The notes beneath the pieces are model-generated. The model searched no databases and was not told the DNA's origin. It was given only the letters and a program-made list of their open reading frames with translations. This document shows, piece by piece, positions 39,101 to 48,068 of a stretch of DNA of 64,000 nucleotides. The translations under genes were made by a program, and so were the position numbers. The stretch's first letter is position 1, and every line of letters starts with the position of its first letter. The stretch spans positions 153,974 to 217,973 of IMG/VR virus record IMGVR_UViG_3300022745_000017. One strand, 5' to 3'.

Positions 39101-39863
39101 TATAGGTGAGTTCTCCATTGTGATTCCTGTTGGGACGTACACAGTTGAAGTGACAAGTGTTGCGGGTTATCATGTCAGTTATCAGTCGGACACGAGCATC
39201 ACTGTAGCAGCACAGAGCGTTACTAGCTTTACTGCCGGGGTTACTCGCACATTGGCGACCGTATTCGCGCTAGCGCAAGGCTCAAGCACAACCTCCTTTG
39301 TAGACAGCTCAGGCGGTACTACTACCTTTGGTGCACATGGTGGTATTGTTTGGAATGGTGAAACGTATAATGGCCACCCAGTGATAGAGGGATTAGATGG
39401 CTGGTTAACGGTTCTACCCCAAACGGTGTTTGACTTCAGTACTGGTCAGCACACGATCACGATGGATTGGAAAGCCACCAATGCGCATTATGGGGCGAGT
39501 ATCTACTTTGACTCACGGACTGTAACAGGTAGTGGTAGTGGCGTCATTTGTTGGTATGATTGGGGTAGTGGTAACTTCTGTCTTTATGTGCGAGAAACTT
39601 ATGTCGGTCAGTACTATGTCAATCCGCAAGACTTGCTTGATCACTGGACTAACATCTCTGTTGAGATTGATGCGACAGGTAACCTTGGTGTGAGCCTTAA
39701 GTTGTTCGTCAATCACCAAGTTGTCATCAGTGGCCATTGTTCTCAGTATCAGGCTAGCGCGACGGATAGAGCATTGTTGTTTACAAACGTAGACAGTCCG
39801 AATCTACCATCACCCGATAAGTTTGCTAATGTGAGAGTATTGGCTTACTTGTTGCACGCTTAA
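36117..39863 (+). CDS. phiKZ-like virion structural protein fused to a tandem SdrD-B + lectin-like repeat
   Basis: N-terminal YLDACIKLAKSVVFK, WKYYKNIAG, HSFHIQQRLAS, IGKNKTF are typical of the gene divergent from the portal; the C-terminal 600 aa are duplicated. Confidence 0.8.
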   Translation: MTTEIITKPYLDACIKLAKSVVFKMDGIAKAINSGLVTQHGLSAVDETDPASWKYYKNIAGIPHITDPTITIKSLDIETDVTFDKSLFSEASTHPLTKQAYGFDSEYFNALCLAHPDQIELIRGIVMPCDISVAIASEDMTILAYDASLVESSEPGLMVELQSRLFANYERWAMPSFAISNDLYITVQVARIYSWIVKQILAIRQDLAATAQVHSFHIQQRLASNRGIDEFITDLTRQQQLYLYSCLPQIAANIGKNKTFNEVVEALVSGSDFDVYGLTARHYTGNQLATTQISDLHPTPTYTKQAIVGSTPTGTLFTQDYVFSLIANSAQSTAEFQSTNAQAIRDVIVRSPSSVIKTKIVTIEPKRINDDASYPLESILLAHWLQWAQSGKYTATLSFTLPNRSRKFATTIKNAAALFLYCSAKMQGITLVNRPATTINNIFSGTPLSLAGIEDKVCLRRLPRSQINAMRNNYPFLEAVYTDVEGFKQACAAIHFGQVKTERLINSQVEYDVRMYMETVAMSIFSSRYLAIDTSIVYASLLSTLGIDDSAWGLTEYYLFANELFLTCTNFRTETGGVTIQDKASRMMRLLSKLCSYSVLITTDIALSSARKVSSVYAQAAPPQLMSLTHSKSLPMRWSGRLTGSTLITVVGGFVNGHVWIDLNDNQTEDPGEQGAQEINILFLTADNTHTATTDINGNFSIFLPPNIYTISVTPGHGQQVFYQSINSVEIIDGQTTTFSACVASSTVVVMNMVPNGPNGITDTSGSNAIFSSQGGFYWNGETYAGAPVMSAGGGFVFLSSPQLFDFSTGQHTVSTDWNPVYRQGSTVFFDSRSDTGRQEGFMVQYIWQTGKMEIRSRTGLIAEATINPLSIISWCKLEVNVNVVVGAQTATIRLYLNGALIIETSASITSVSASDRTTLFTNLDWTWGNTTQDKFANFQIVATNVPPPSNGRVDGKVWQDLNDNQIQDVLEVGAENIQVIFTSAEHSIAATTSAIGEFSIVIPVGTYTVEVTSVAGYHVSYQSDTSITVAAQSVTSFTAGVTRTLATVFALAQGSSTTSFVDSSGGTTTFGAHGGIVWNGETYNGHPVIEGLDGWLTVLPQTVFDFSTGQHTITMDWKATNAHYGASIYFDSRTVTGSGSGVICWYDWGSGNFCLYVRETYVGQYYVNPQDLLDHWTNISVEIDATGNLGVSLKLFVNHQVVISGHCSQYQASATDRALLFTNVDSPNLPSPDKFANVRVLAYLLHA
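38070..39860 (+). repeat. Two tandem ~900-bp (300-aa) diverged repeat units
   Basis: GHVWIDLNDNQTEDPGE vs GKVWQDLNDNQIQDVLE; GGFYWNGETY vs GGIVWNGETY; FDFSTGQHT twice; DKFANFQI vs DKFANVRV; units start at 38070 and 38970. Confidence 0.9.
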
Positions 39864-39931
39864 GAATAGAAAACAAGAGGATGTATAAATATAGATGTAC
39901 ATCCTCTCCTTTAACAACCCGAGATCCTATC

Positions 39932-40774
39932 ATGACACGCCTTGTACCTACTGAAGAGCTGGCCTACATTACCATGCTCCAGCGCTTTGGTATTCCCTAC
40001 ACCCCTCGCGCCCACTCCACACTCAATCAGTTTCTGAACATCTTACCAACGGCAAACATCCCTGTTGGTAAGTATCCAGTCAGCCGCTACATCGTTTTTG
40101 GCAACGGTGGCCATGCCAACGGTAGTGGCCCTGGCCCGACGATATACGATCATGCGGCTAACTACAAAGGTCTCTACAATCTACTGCCGATTGTTCTACG
40201 CCCCCTTAACAACGATCTCACACCGATGGAGCGAGAAGGTGTTGCTTTGAGGGCTATTGTCAGCATTAACAATGTGGACTACGTCGCTTACTATGCATTG
40301 CGCATCGATGGCCTCGCCTTGACCCCTACACAAGAGATCCGTCAAATTGACCCAGATACCAATGAGTTGGTATTTAGCTCTAACTATGTACCTGTCTCCT
40401 CTGAGCAAACTCCACCTAAGCCATCAATCGGCGGTGAGGTCAGTACCACAAACAAGTACATCGGCACTTTCTTGACTTACGAGCTTCACCTCAACAGCTT
40501 CTTTATTGCAGAGTTTGCCAAAGCTTGTCAGATCATCTATGGTAGTACAGATAACGCTATCATCTCGGAAATTGGCTACGTCTCCGGGATCGACAAAATC
40601 ATTCAAATCACAGAGCATGATGGGGCGACTCAAAACGACTTTACAGAGGCGATAGCTTGCGTCATCACGGGCTATATGGCGTACTACAGTTTGGTCAAGC
40701 CACCTTCTACCGATCTGCGCATTACGACAGAAATCTCGGTGTCCATGCCCTTGATAAACCTCAACCCGGTTTGA
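39932..40774 (+). CDS. Conserved phiKZ-like virion structural protein (gp139-like)
   Basis: STLNQFLNI, YIVFGNGGH, LPIVLRPLNNDLTPMER, YVAYYALRI, AIISEIGYVSGID; ATG 39932 more likely than 39881. Confidence 0.75.
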   Translation: MTRLVPTEELAYITMLQRFGIPYTPRAHSTLNQFLNILPTANIPVGKYPVSRYIVFGNGGHANGSGPGPTIYDHAANYKGLYNLLPIVLRPLNNDLTPMEREGVALRAIVSINNVDYVAYYALRIDGLALTPTQEIRQIDPDTNELVFSSNYVPVSSEQTPPKPSIGGEVSTTNKYIGTFLTYELHLNSFFIAEFAKACQIIYGSTDNAIISEIGYVSGIDKIIQITEHDGATQNDFTEAIACVITGYMAYYSLVKPPSTDLRITTEISVSMPLINLNPV

Positions 40775-40777
40775 GAA

Positions 40778-41419
40778 ATGAGTCATGTGATCATGGATGA
40801 AAATCAATACCCAAAGCTCTTGAGTATTGACCCAGGATCAACTTATCTGGGGATCAGTGTTTTCGAATTCGATCCCCGCACAGTTGACATCGTCAGTATC
40901 CACAGCTTCACCCTCGATGCGACTAAACTCGATATCGACCCCGACCGTATCGAGGCTATTGGACTCAGGCCAGCTCGCATCGCAAGACTGATGCTAGCTC
41001 TAGAAGGCATCCTCTACATCTATAAGCCCAATGTGGTGGTGTGTGAAGATGCTTTCTGGAACCCTGGTCGGCCCAGTGCTTTTGAGCCACTGGTTGAGTG
41101 CATCTCAGGTGTGCGCATGACTTGTCAGCGCTACCGGCCTCTCATGACTGTTGGGATGATTCGGGCGAGTGTCGCTAAAAACGCAATCGGTGTCAGTGGT
41201 GGAGCTAGCAAGACACCGATCTTGCAAGGTCTCATGGCGATCAAAGAGATTGTGAAAACCACACAGGAGACTTTGAATACGCTCAGTGAGCACGCTCATG
41301 ACGCTATCGCCATTGGCTACTGTGCACTCATGAAGATCCGCAAAGGCGACAGCCTCAAACCACCACCTGTCGTTAAGAAAGTCAAGAAAACCACCCTTGT
41401 AAAAAGGAAGAAGAAATGA
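40778..41419 (+). CDS. ruvC: RuvC-like Holliday junction resolvase
   Basis: LLSIDPGSTYLG, VVVCEDAF, HAHDAIAIG catalytic acidic motifs. Confidence 0.9.
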   Translation: MSHVIMDENQYPKLLSIDPGSTYLGISVFEFDPRTVDIVSIHSFTLDATKLDIDPDRIEAIGLRPARIARLMLALEGILYIYKPNVVVCEDAFWNPGRPSAFEPLVECISGVRMTCQRYRPLMTVGMIRASVAKNAIGVSGGASKTPILQGLMAIKEIVKTTQETLNTLSEHAHDAIAIGYCALMKIRKGDSLKPPPVVKKVKKTTLVKRKKK

Positions 41420-41847
41420 AGCAAGTCACGAAGCGAGTCTTTGCATACATCGCCCACCTGATCGCCGAGCCGAGTAAAATGATGACACTGTTGAGACAAA
41501 TCGGTTTGACGGCTCTGTTCGGCTTACTCCTTATGACCGGATTGGTAATGGCCGTGCGATCAGAAAAGGATATTCGGCGCCTCCTCCAAGGCTCTGACGC
41601 ATATAAGGCAGAACAAGCCTATCAACTCCAACAAGCCGAAGATCTCGCCAAGATCAAACAAGTCATCGAAACGCAGCGCATTCAAGAGAGCTACATCGCT
41701 TTCTTGTTAGCTAAGCAGTCCATCGTGGCCAAGCAAGTCATCGAGCTCAGCCAGGCCAACGATGAGTTGTCCCTCAGCCGGGGTGCTAAGCACTGCAAAA
41801 CTTACGCAGATATCCAAAAAGGTGGTTGTTATGTCCCTGTCAAGTGA
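41416..41847 (+). CDS. Membrane-anchored coiled-coil protein
   Basis: TM segment IGLTALFGLLLMTGLVMAV followed by a Q/E/K-rich helix. Confidence 0.7.
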   Translation: MKQVTKRVFAYIAHLIAEPSKMMTLLRQIGLTALFGLLLMTGLVMAVRSEKDIRRLLQGSDAYKAEQAYQLQQAEDLAKIKQVIETQRIQESYIAFLLAKQSIVAKQVIELSQANDELSLSRGAKHCKTYADIQKGGCYVPVK

Positions 41848-42088
41848 AAACAAAGAAGACTCCGATACGATCGAAGTGTTCGAAAAGCGTGAGAAGATAC
41901 GCTTAAAGATTTGGCTACTCAAAGGCTGGTTCTCTGTCGTGGCATGCTGTTTGCTGCTGTGTGTGATCGGTATCATCGCAGCAATCGCTACAGGTAACGA
42001 TAAACAAGTCCTGGCCATTTACTACAACTTGGTTGGTGACTTTCTCAAGACCATGCAAGTGATCTTTAACACAGGGACTTCACCATGA
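41831..42088 (+). CDS. Small membrane protein (holin-like candidate)
   Basis: ATG 41831; charged N-terminus and TM segment WFSVVACCLLLCVIGIIAAIA. Confidence 0.55.
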   Translation: MSLSSENKEDSDTIEVFEKREKIRLKIWLLKGWFSVVACCLLLCVIGIIAAIATGNDKQVLAIYYNLVGDFLKTMQVIFNTGTSP

Positions 42089-42762
42089 GCCGTATCAAAC
42101 TCTTTGATGAGCGCTATGACATCAGCACAGAGGATCTCAATGACGGCGTAGCTAGGCCTGAACCTGAGAAAGTGTTTTACGCCAAAGCTTCAATTGATCT
42201 GTTGCGACTAGCTGACTCGCTCGAAGAGCAAGAGCAGTGGGAGTTGCGTATCATGAAAGGCGATGATCTAAGGGGTCGTCAGCGCGTCAGACGCACCCGA
42301 CCCGCTACGATCTCATCGCTTGGCGCAATCGCTTACAAAGAAGACCAAGAGATGTTTGTGCAAACAAACAAGTCACGCTGCTGGGGGATGAAAAGCATTG
42401 TGCCTCTAGAGTGTAACACACTCGTCACACCTGACTGTTTCAATCAGTACAAGTGGATGAGTGACCGAGGGATGTACAAGTTGCGCGCTTGCTTTGCCAT
42501 CCCTGAGTACCCTGGTCTTAAGTGGGAAATTGATTTCTTCTATAAAGACAGGGAAAACATTGGGGCCAGTAAGCCAGAGTTCCATGAGTGGGTAAAGATC
42601 GACTTGGAAGCCACACCTGAGCATCCATTCCCTTTGACTCCAATGCCCAAGATGCCTGTCGGCTTAACTGGCATCATCTACGCTCAGCGCGGTGAGCAAA
42701 CCCGCCAAGAGTCCAAGATCATCGAAGATCTCTACGACAACTGTTTCATTTGGTCTAAGTAA
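42085..42762 (+). CDS. CYTH-like (triphosphate tunnel metalloenzyme) protein
   Basis: N-terminal EPEKVFY (ExExK-like), RVRRT, WEIDFF, WVKIDLE. Confidence 0.65.
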   Translation: MSRIKLFDERYDISTEDLNDGVARPEPEKVFYAKASIDLLRLADSLEEQEQWELRIMKGDDLRGRQRVRRTRPATISSLGAIAYKEDQEMFVQTNKSRCWGMKSIVPLECNTLVTPDCFNQYKWMSDRGMYKLRACFAIPEYPGLKWEIDFFYKDRENIGASKPEFHEWVKIDLEATPEHPFPLTPMPKMPVGLTGIIYAQRGEQTRQESKIIEDLYDNCFIWSK

Positions 42763-42782
42763 CTTTTGAAGGATATTTCATC

Positions 42783-44276
42783 ATGGTTTACAAACTCGTG
42801 CAAGAAGAAATGGATGGACTGCTAGCGCCGGAGCAGCCTTACAAGGCGATTCCTATCCCTGATCACGATGCGGACTTGATTGCTACCAAGCGCATGATTG
42901 AGGAGCTAGCCGAGAACATCGACACAGCCAACATCCTATCGGAGACCGCTACTGTGTTTGATAAGCCCGACGGCACAGACACAACCATCTTGCTCACCGC
43001 AGTTGAGCACTTGGCTTCTAAGCTGGGCATTACTGTTTTGATGCCCAGCAAGGAGAGCTTCAAAGTCGGCAAGAATGCAGCAGCTGCAAATCGCTTTGTA
43101 GCCAGTAGCTTGGAGAGTGGGATCGGCAGTTTCGTCGGTTCGATTTTCTCCACGATCTGGGCGATCATCAAACGCATTGGTGAAGCTATCAGCAAGTTCT
43201 TTAGCTGGATTACCGGCTCTGGTAAAACAGGCTCTGCTCGGCAGGGTGATGATGAAGCCAAGGTCAAGAAAGCCGAAGAGCAAACCACCAAAAAGATCGG
43301 TAGTCTCAAGGAACGAGTGGAGAAGTCTACAAAAGAGGAGTTGAAAGATACCATCGATGGCATGAAGCAGCGTCATGCTAACTACCTGCAAGAGATCAAC
43401 GAGTTCATCGAGGTCAGACGCTCGCAGCACCATCAAAGCGGTGCCTGTGACGTGTTTGCTTGTGGGATGGGCCATAGTGGTTTTATACTCAGTATCGACC
43501 AGTTGTTTGATAAGAGCATCTTGAAAACTTTCAAGGATGGCTCACGCGGGGCTAGCCGGATCGGTGAAGTAACGGACGAATATAGTAAGGTATTTAACAA
43601 CACGGTGTCTCAAATTGTCAAGATCAGAGACAAGTCCTTGACTGATATCACGAACGATCACTACAATACGTTCACAAAAGACGAACTGATGCGACTGGAG
43701 ACTATCGACATCATGGCCTTTAATGGTGACGGCGATGAGACTTGGCACGGGTATGGTTACCACTGCGTCAAGCGCGAGTTCACTAAGGTGCATGGCGTCG
43801 ATTACCCCTCTTACAAGCTCGACTGGTTGTCCAACACCATCATGGCTGACGCAGTGAGCAAGTTCAAGATCCGTGACGAAAACATCACCCTTGACAATGC
43901 GGAAGCTTACACCAAGAAAATGGCAGACTCACTCAAAAGCTCTCTTGAAGAGTTGCGCCAATTCGAGGACTGGTACACCCAGGAATCCAAAGGAGTGAGA
44001 GAAGCTCAAAAGGCACTCAAAGGTATCGAGGGCGTCATCCAAAACAACGTCGTCTCTAAGCTAGGGGAAGTCGCTGGAGCCAAAGAAAAGGTCAACGCTC
44101 TGCTTGGTCTGTACGTCAAAGACCTGGGCAGTATCAACGCCTTTATCCAGATGTGGATGAAGATCTTCTTAGCAATGAAAGAGACGCGCCAGTGGATCGA
44201 TAAGGTCGGTTACTACTACCAGAACCTCATCGAGCTCAAAGCCTACGAAGACGCTTACAAGAAAGCGAAGGCCTGA
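42783..44276 (+). CDS. Inner-head protein (phiKZ paralogue family) with a predicted protease-cleaved propeptide
   Basis: Acidic N-terminus, SSLE|S, then the amphipathic IWAIIKRIGEAISKFFSWITG helix. Confidence 0.75.
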   Translation: MVYKLVQEEMDGLLAPEQPYKAIPIPDHDADLIATKRMIEELAENIDTANILSETATVFDKPDGTDTTILLTAVEHLASKLGITVLMPSKESFKVGKNAAAANRFVASSLESGIGSFVGSIFSTIWAIIKRIGEAISKFFSWITGSGKTGSARQGDDEAKVKKAEEQTTKKIGSLKERVEKSTKEELKDTIDGMKQRHANYLQEINEFIEVRRSQHHQSGACDVFACGMGHSGFILSIDQLFDKSILKTFKDGSRGASRIGEVTDEYSKVFNNTVSQIVKIRDKSLTDITNDHYNTFTKDELMRLETIDIMAFNGDGDETWHGYGYHCVKREFTKVHGVDYPSYKLDWLSNTIMADAVSKFKIRDENITLDNAEAYTKKMADSLKSSLEELRQFEDWYTQESKGVREAQKALKGIEGVIQNNVVSKLGEVAGAKEKVNALLGLYVKDLGSINAFIQMWMKIFLAMKETRQWIDKVGYYYQNLIELKAYEDAYKKAKA

Positions 44277-44277
44277 C

Positions 44278-45444
44278 ATGCCGGCAATCGTTTCCATGCG
44301 AGGGATTCGCAACGGACTGACCAAAGAGTGGGAGTACCTCGACCACATCAACTACCCGTGCGCAGTTTTGTGGCATATCTTTCGCGTCATTTACGCTTTC
44401 ACTAGCGATCAAAAGCTCATCGACCTATCTGTACTCAAAGCCGGTCACACTGGCTTTAGTGGGACAGCTCAACAGCTCATCGACGCTTTTCCAGCCGAGG
44501 TAGTGTTATCTCCCATCGTTGACACACCACCCCTGCGACGAGGGACATACATGCCAGCCAGTAGCCTAGGCTACTGCGCAGCAGCGTGTACACAAGCCGG
44601 TGAATACTCTGTCAATCAAGCACGTCCAGACTTTGATCACTTACGATTAGCTAGCTATGCTTTCGAGTCTATCTACGGACAAGAAGCAGCTAACCTAGCT
44701 TATCGCAAACAACTCTGTTTGGTCAATGGCTTGCTCCACCCAGTCTTTAGAGTAGAGAAAGACCTCGTGATTCTGGATGGCAATAAGACTGTTCTCAAAT
44801 CCAAACAAGAGCAGCTCGGGATCATTATTTTGCCAGACAAGTGTTACGCGAGTTATCACGCTTATCCGGCTGATATGGTCTTACCTCCTTACGCCGGAGT
44901 ACTCTTTAGCGTGGCAGGCTATCTCTTTTCTGCGGACAGCCCAGGGGTGAGTATCGCACAAAACGGCACGCTTCAGATGGACTTCCGGCGCATGGACATG
45001 GCCAAGAAGCTCTATGAAGCAAGTAGCATCATAGACCTCAGTAGCCTCAGCTTTGACCCACTAGCACTAGCCGATGCTTACACCTTCACCCAGCAAGACA
45101 TCGCTGAGGTATTGGCACTCAAGCAAAGCTTTGTGATCGCTCTCACTGACCGTGTGACAATCTTAGAGCAAGCAGTCAAGCTTGAAGGCAGAGATGGTTG
45201 TAGCTTTTCACTACCCATCTCAGACTACTACGGAACCCCTACGCTCAGGGCACTCCCCCTGAAGTGGGGCGCTGGTAGGCTTGTAGATTGGTTCAGTGAT
45301 CCTTATGCATATGCGGCTAGAGGCGCTGTTTCACCACAGTCTTTTCTCGATGAGCTGTACTTGCCTAAGCTAAACAAGCCGTCTAACCCTGTCAGGTATT
45401 ACGGGGCCAGCTTCATTGAGTTGGTCACAGGTTTCCCGACATAA
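44278..45444 (+). CDS. Putative virion structural protein (phiKZ-like)
   Basis: Repeated CLVNGLLHP / VLFSVAGYLF motifs; SFVIAL. Confidence 0.65.
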   Translation: MPAIVSMRGIRNGLTKEWEYLDHINYPCAVLWHIFRVIYAFTSDQKLIDLSVLKAGHTGFSGTAQQLIDAFPAEVVLSPIVDTPPLRRGTYMPASSLGYCAAACTQAGEYSVNQARPDFDHLRLASYAFESIYGQEAANLAYRKQLCLVNGLLHPVFRVEKDLVILDGNKTVLKSKQEQLGIIILPDKCYASYHAYPADMVLPPYAGVLFSVAGYLFSADSPGVSIAQNGTLQMDFRRMDMAKKLYEASSIIDLSSLSFDPLALADAYTFTQQDIAEVLALKQSFVIALTDRVTILEQAVKLEGRDGCSFSLPISDYYGTPTLRALPLKWGAGRLVDWFSDPYAYAARGAVSPQSFLDELYLPKLNKPSNPVRYYGASFIELVTGFPT

Positions 45445-45451
45445 GCACACG

Positions 45452-45485
45452 CCCTGTACTGTGGCCGCAAAGCCACAGTACAGGG
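45452..45485. terminator. Bidirectional hairpin
   Basis: CCCTGTACTGTGGC-CGCAAA-GCCACAGTACAGGG between convergent genes. Confidence 0.8.
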
Positions 45486-45486
45486 T

Positions 45487-47997
45487 TTATGCCGCTTGGT
45501 TTATCTTCACGAACTCATTGATGGGTCTATTCATCTTTGGCAATACCAGATTGCTATCGTCTAGTAGACAGATGCTTGCATTTTGCAAAGCACCATAAAC
45601 ACCCTCGTAGTGAGAAATCAAGATCGTCTGCGAAAACTCACCCGTGTTAATGAGCTCAGAGATATAATGCATCGCTCGGTTGCGATGAGAGTCATCGAAG
45701 TTGCGAGAGAACTCATCGAGCATGAGGGGCCAGTGACTGCACTTCATGATCTTTTGGGCTACTGAGCGAAACGCAAAGTTAACCATTTCAATCATAGCTT
45801 CAGAGCCTTCACTAACATCACTGCGTACAGGGGAGTCAGGCACCTTCAGGGGGAAACAGTAGTCTAGCTCTACGCTCTCGCCACTATAGCGACACGGCAG
45901 CACCCGCAGGTCATATGTCCAAACCTTTGCAATCACGTCATTGACTTCATTGACAAAGCCTTCCATGAAAGCGTAGATACCCTGCGCAATCAATCCATCT
46001 GTCGGAGACAAAGCCCTACAGATTTCTGTCAATCCATTCTCATTGTCCTCGTAAGACTTGATCTGAGCTTTAATGGCTGCAATCAGTTGGTTTTGTGAAT
46101 TGATTGACTTGATCTGAGCCTCGATACTACCTAACTCGGAGGAGAGTTCATTGATGAGATTGTTGTAAGCTAGGCGGCGCTTGACTTCTAGCTCATTGAT
46201 ACAAGCTTGCTTATACTCCTCGTAGACCTTGACCATCTCAGTCCTGCGCTGCTGAAGCGCAGCTTTAGCGACTCTGGCTTGATTGACCTTCTTGACAAAC
46301 CGATCGATTTGGTCGATCTCTTGCATGACTATTTTCAAGTCATGCTCAGCTTGCTCACAGATCTTCTTAGAGTCGTCAAGTGACTGCTGCGCTCCACTGA
46401 CTAAGACTTGCATTTGCTTAGTGAGCTCTGCTGCTTTTATACTCAGGGCCTTTAGCCGCGTCTCTATTTGAATATGCTCGTCAAAAGCGTTGATGACATC
46501 AGAGATACTCAGGGACTTTTCTGTGATGACTTTGTTAGATTTCAGGTAACTCCACAAAGACTCAAGCACAGGGTTTGCTGCCATCAGATCAGAAATTCTC
46601 TTGACCGTTGCCCGGCACTCTTTAATTTGCTCTAGAATGCCTCTAGAACTCTCTATAACGGCCTCAGTCGCGTTTATTTCTATCGCTAGTAAACTTATGC
46701 TAACTCGCAGTTTCTCAGCCTCTGAAGGGCTATAAATGGATGAGAACTTGTGATCGCATTTGGGACAGGTAACGTCTAAATCATGCTTGTGAGACTCTAG
46801 GGCTGCTAGCTTTTGCTGGTCATGGACTTGCTTGGCTGATAGCGCTTGGTGCTTTGTAAATGCAGCTGTATACTTCTCAGAGGTTTCTTGGTAGTAGATC
46901 GGGTTGAGCTGCTTGCGAATGTCATCAGGGATAGCGTTAGCTAACTCCATCAGAGTGACTTTGCAGTGATCAAAGCTCAGAGAGACCGCTTGCAAATCGT
47001 GCTCGATGGATTTGAACCTGCGCTGACCATCCAGCGTGTCGATCTCGCTGCGCACCCTCTCTAAGCTCGCTGTGAGCTCCGAGGTGTTTTCTACATTAGC
47101 GATCTGTAGTGCGCGAATGATCTCGCCGTGTTGCTGATGCACTCGGGATAGCGTGTCAGCCCGGCTCAGCAAGGTTGCTTTGTCCGCCGTGTATTTATGC
47201 AAGAGCAAATCAGCTTCTTGATCACCGAGATAGTCATCAGCAGTCAGTCCGTTGGCATCGATCTGTGACAACACCCTGTCAAGAGCACTAGACAACTGAG
47301 CAGCTTTTACTTCTACTGAGCGCTTTTTCTCCCCGGCTTGTGCCAAGGACTGCACAATCGGCATCTTGTGTTCCAGCAAGATCTGAATGACTTCTTGGAG
47401 CTCTTGAGACTTTGCTTGGAGTCTCTTTTGCTCCTCGTCTAAAATCACCTTCTCAGTCTCTATCAGCAACTGCTTCTTTGCCAGCTTGAGAGCGCCTTTG
47501 GTATCTCTGAGCTGGCCTGACAAATCCTTATAGAGCTTCATAGCGAAGGTGTAGTCTGCGTCGCAGATACGCAAGAACCACTCTTTACGCTTGCCAGTAT
47601 CCATGTTAGTAAAAAGCTCTTTACCAGAGATGAGTCGGCTGAGCTCAGGAGTGAGGCCTAGGTGCATGCGAACGAGTTCTCGCTGCATGGTAATGCCTCT
47701 ACTCTCATTGAGACCTACACCGTCTTTATAGAACTGATACTTGGGACTGGGGGATTTCGTCATCTCCGCTGCCCAAACGCTGCCATTGAACTCTCGCTCG
47801 ACATACTTGTAGCCACCCTCCAAATAGTCACCTGCATCAGGAGGCAACATATTGAACTCTGACTGTAGACTAGACTTACCACAACCGTTCGTACCCAGTA
47901 TCAGTAAGGTAGGGTCATTAAACTCGATTTCGATGTCATTGATACCCGATAAAGCTAACCGGTGATAGCCTTTAAGAATGAGCTTGCGATAGGTCAT
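45487..47997 (-). CDS. SbcC/Rad50-like SMC-family ATPase
   Basis: Walker A GTNGCGKSS, long coiled coils, zinc hook CPKC, SEGSEAM signature variant, MLDEF, ILISH. Confidence 0.92.
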   Translation of the reverse strand: MTYRKLILKGYHRLALSGINDIEIEFNDPTLLILGTNGCGKSSLQSEFNMLPPDAGDYLEGGYKYVEREFNGSVWAAEMTKSPSPKYQFYKDGVGLNESRGITMQRELVRMHLGLTPELSRLISGKELFTNMDTGKRKEWFLRICDADYTFAMKLYKDLSGQLRDTKGALKLAKKQLLIETEKVILDEEQKRLQAKSQELQEVIQILLEHKMPIVQSLAQAGEKKRSVEVKAAQLSSALDRVLSQIDANGLTADDYLGDQEADLLLHKYTADKATLLSRADTLSRVHQQHGEIIRALQIANVENTSELTASLERVRSEIDTLDGQRRFKSIEHDLQAVSLSFDHCKVTLMELANAIPDDIRKQLNPIYYQETSEKYTAAFTKHQALSAKQVHDQQKLAALESHKHDLDVTCPKCDHKFSSIYSPSEAEKLRVSISLLAIEINATEAVIESSRGILEQIKECRATVKRISDLMAANPVLESLWSYLKSNKVITEKSLSISDVINAFDEHIQIETRLKALSIKAAELTKQMQVLVSGAQQSLDDSKKICEQAEHDLKIVMQEIDQIDRFVKKVNQARVAKAALQQRRTEMVKVYEEYKQACINELEVKRRLAYNNLINELSSELGSIEAQIKSINSQNQLIAAIKAQIKSYEDNENGLTEICRALSPTDGLIAQGIYAFMEGFVNEVNDVIAKVWTYDLRVLPCRYSGESVELDYCFPLKVPDSPVRSDVSEGSEAMIEMVNFAFRSVAQKIMKCSHWPLMLDEFSRNFDDSHRNRAMHYISELINTGEFSQTILISHYEGVYGALQNASICLLDDSNLVLPKMNRPINEFVKINQAA

Positions 47998-48068
47998 ATG
48001 ACCCTCCAGGTGGTTACTATAAGCTGTATAGAATATCTGTATTTAAACCCTTTCACCCACACCCAATC

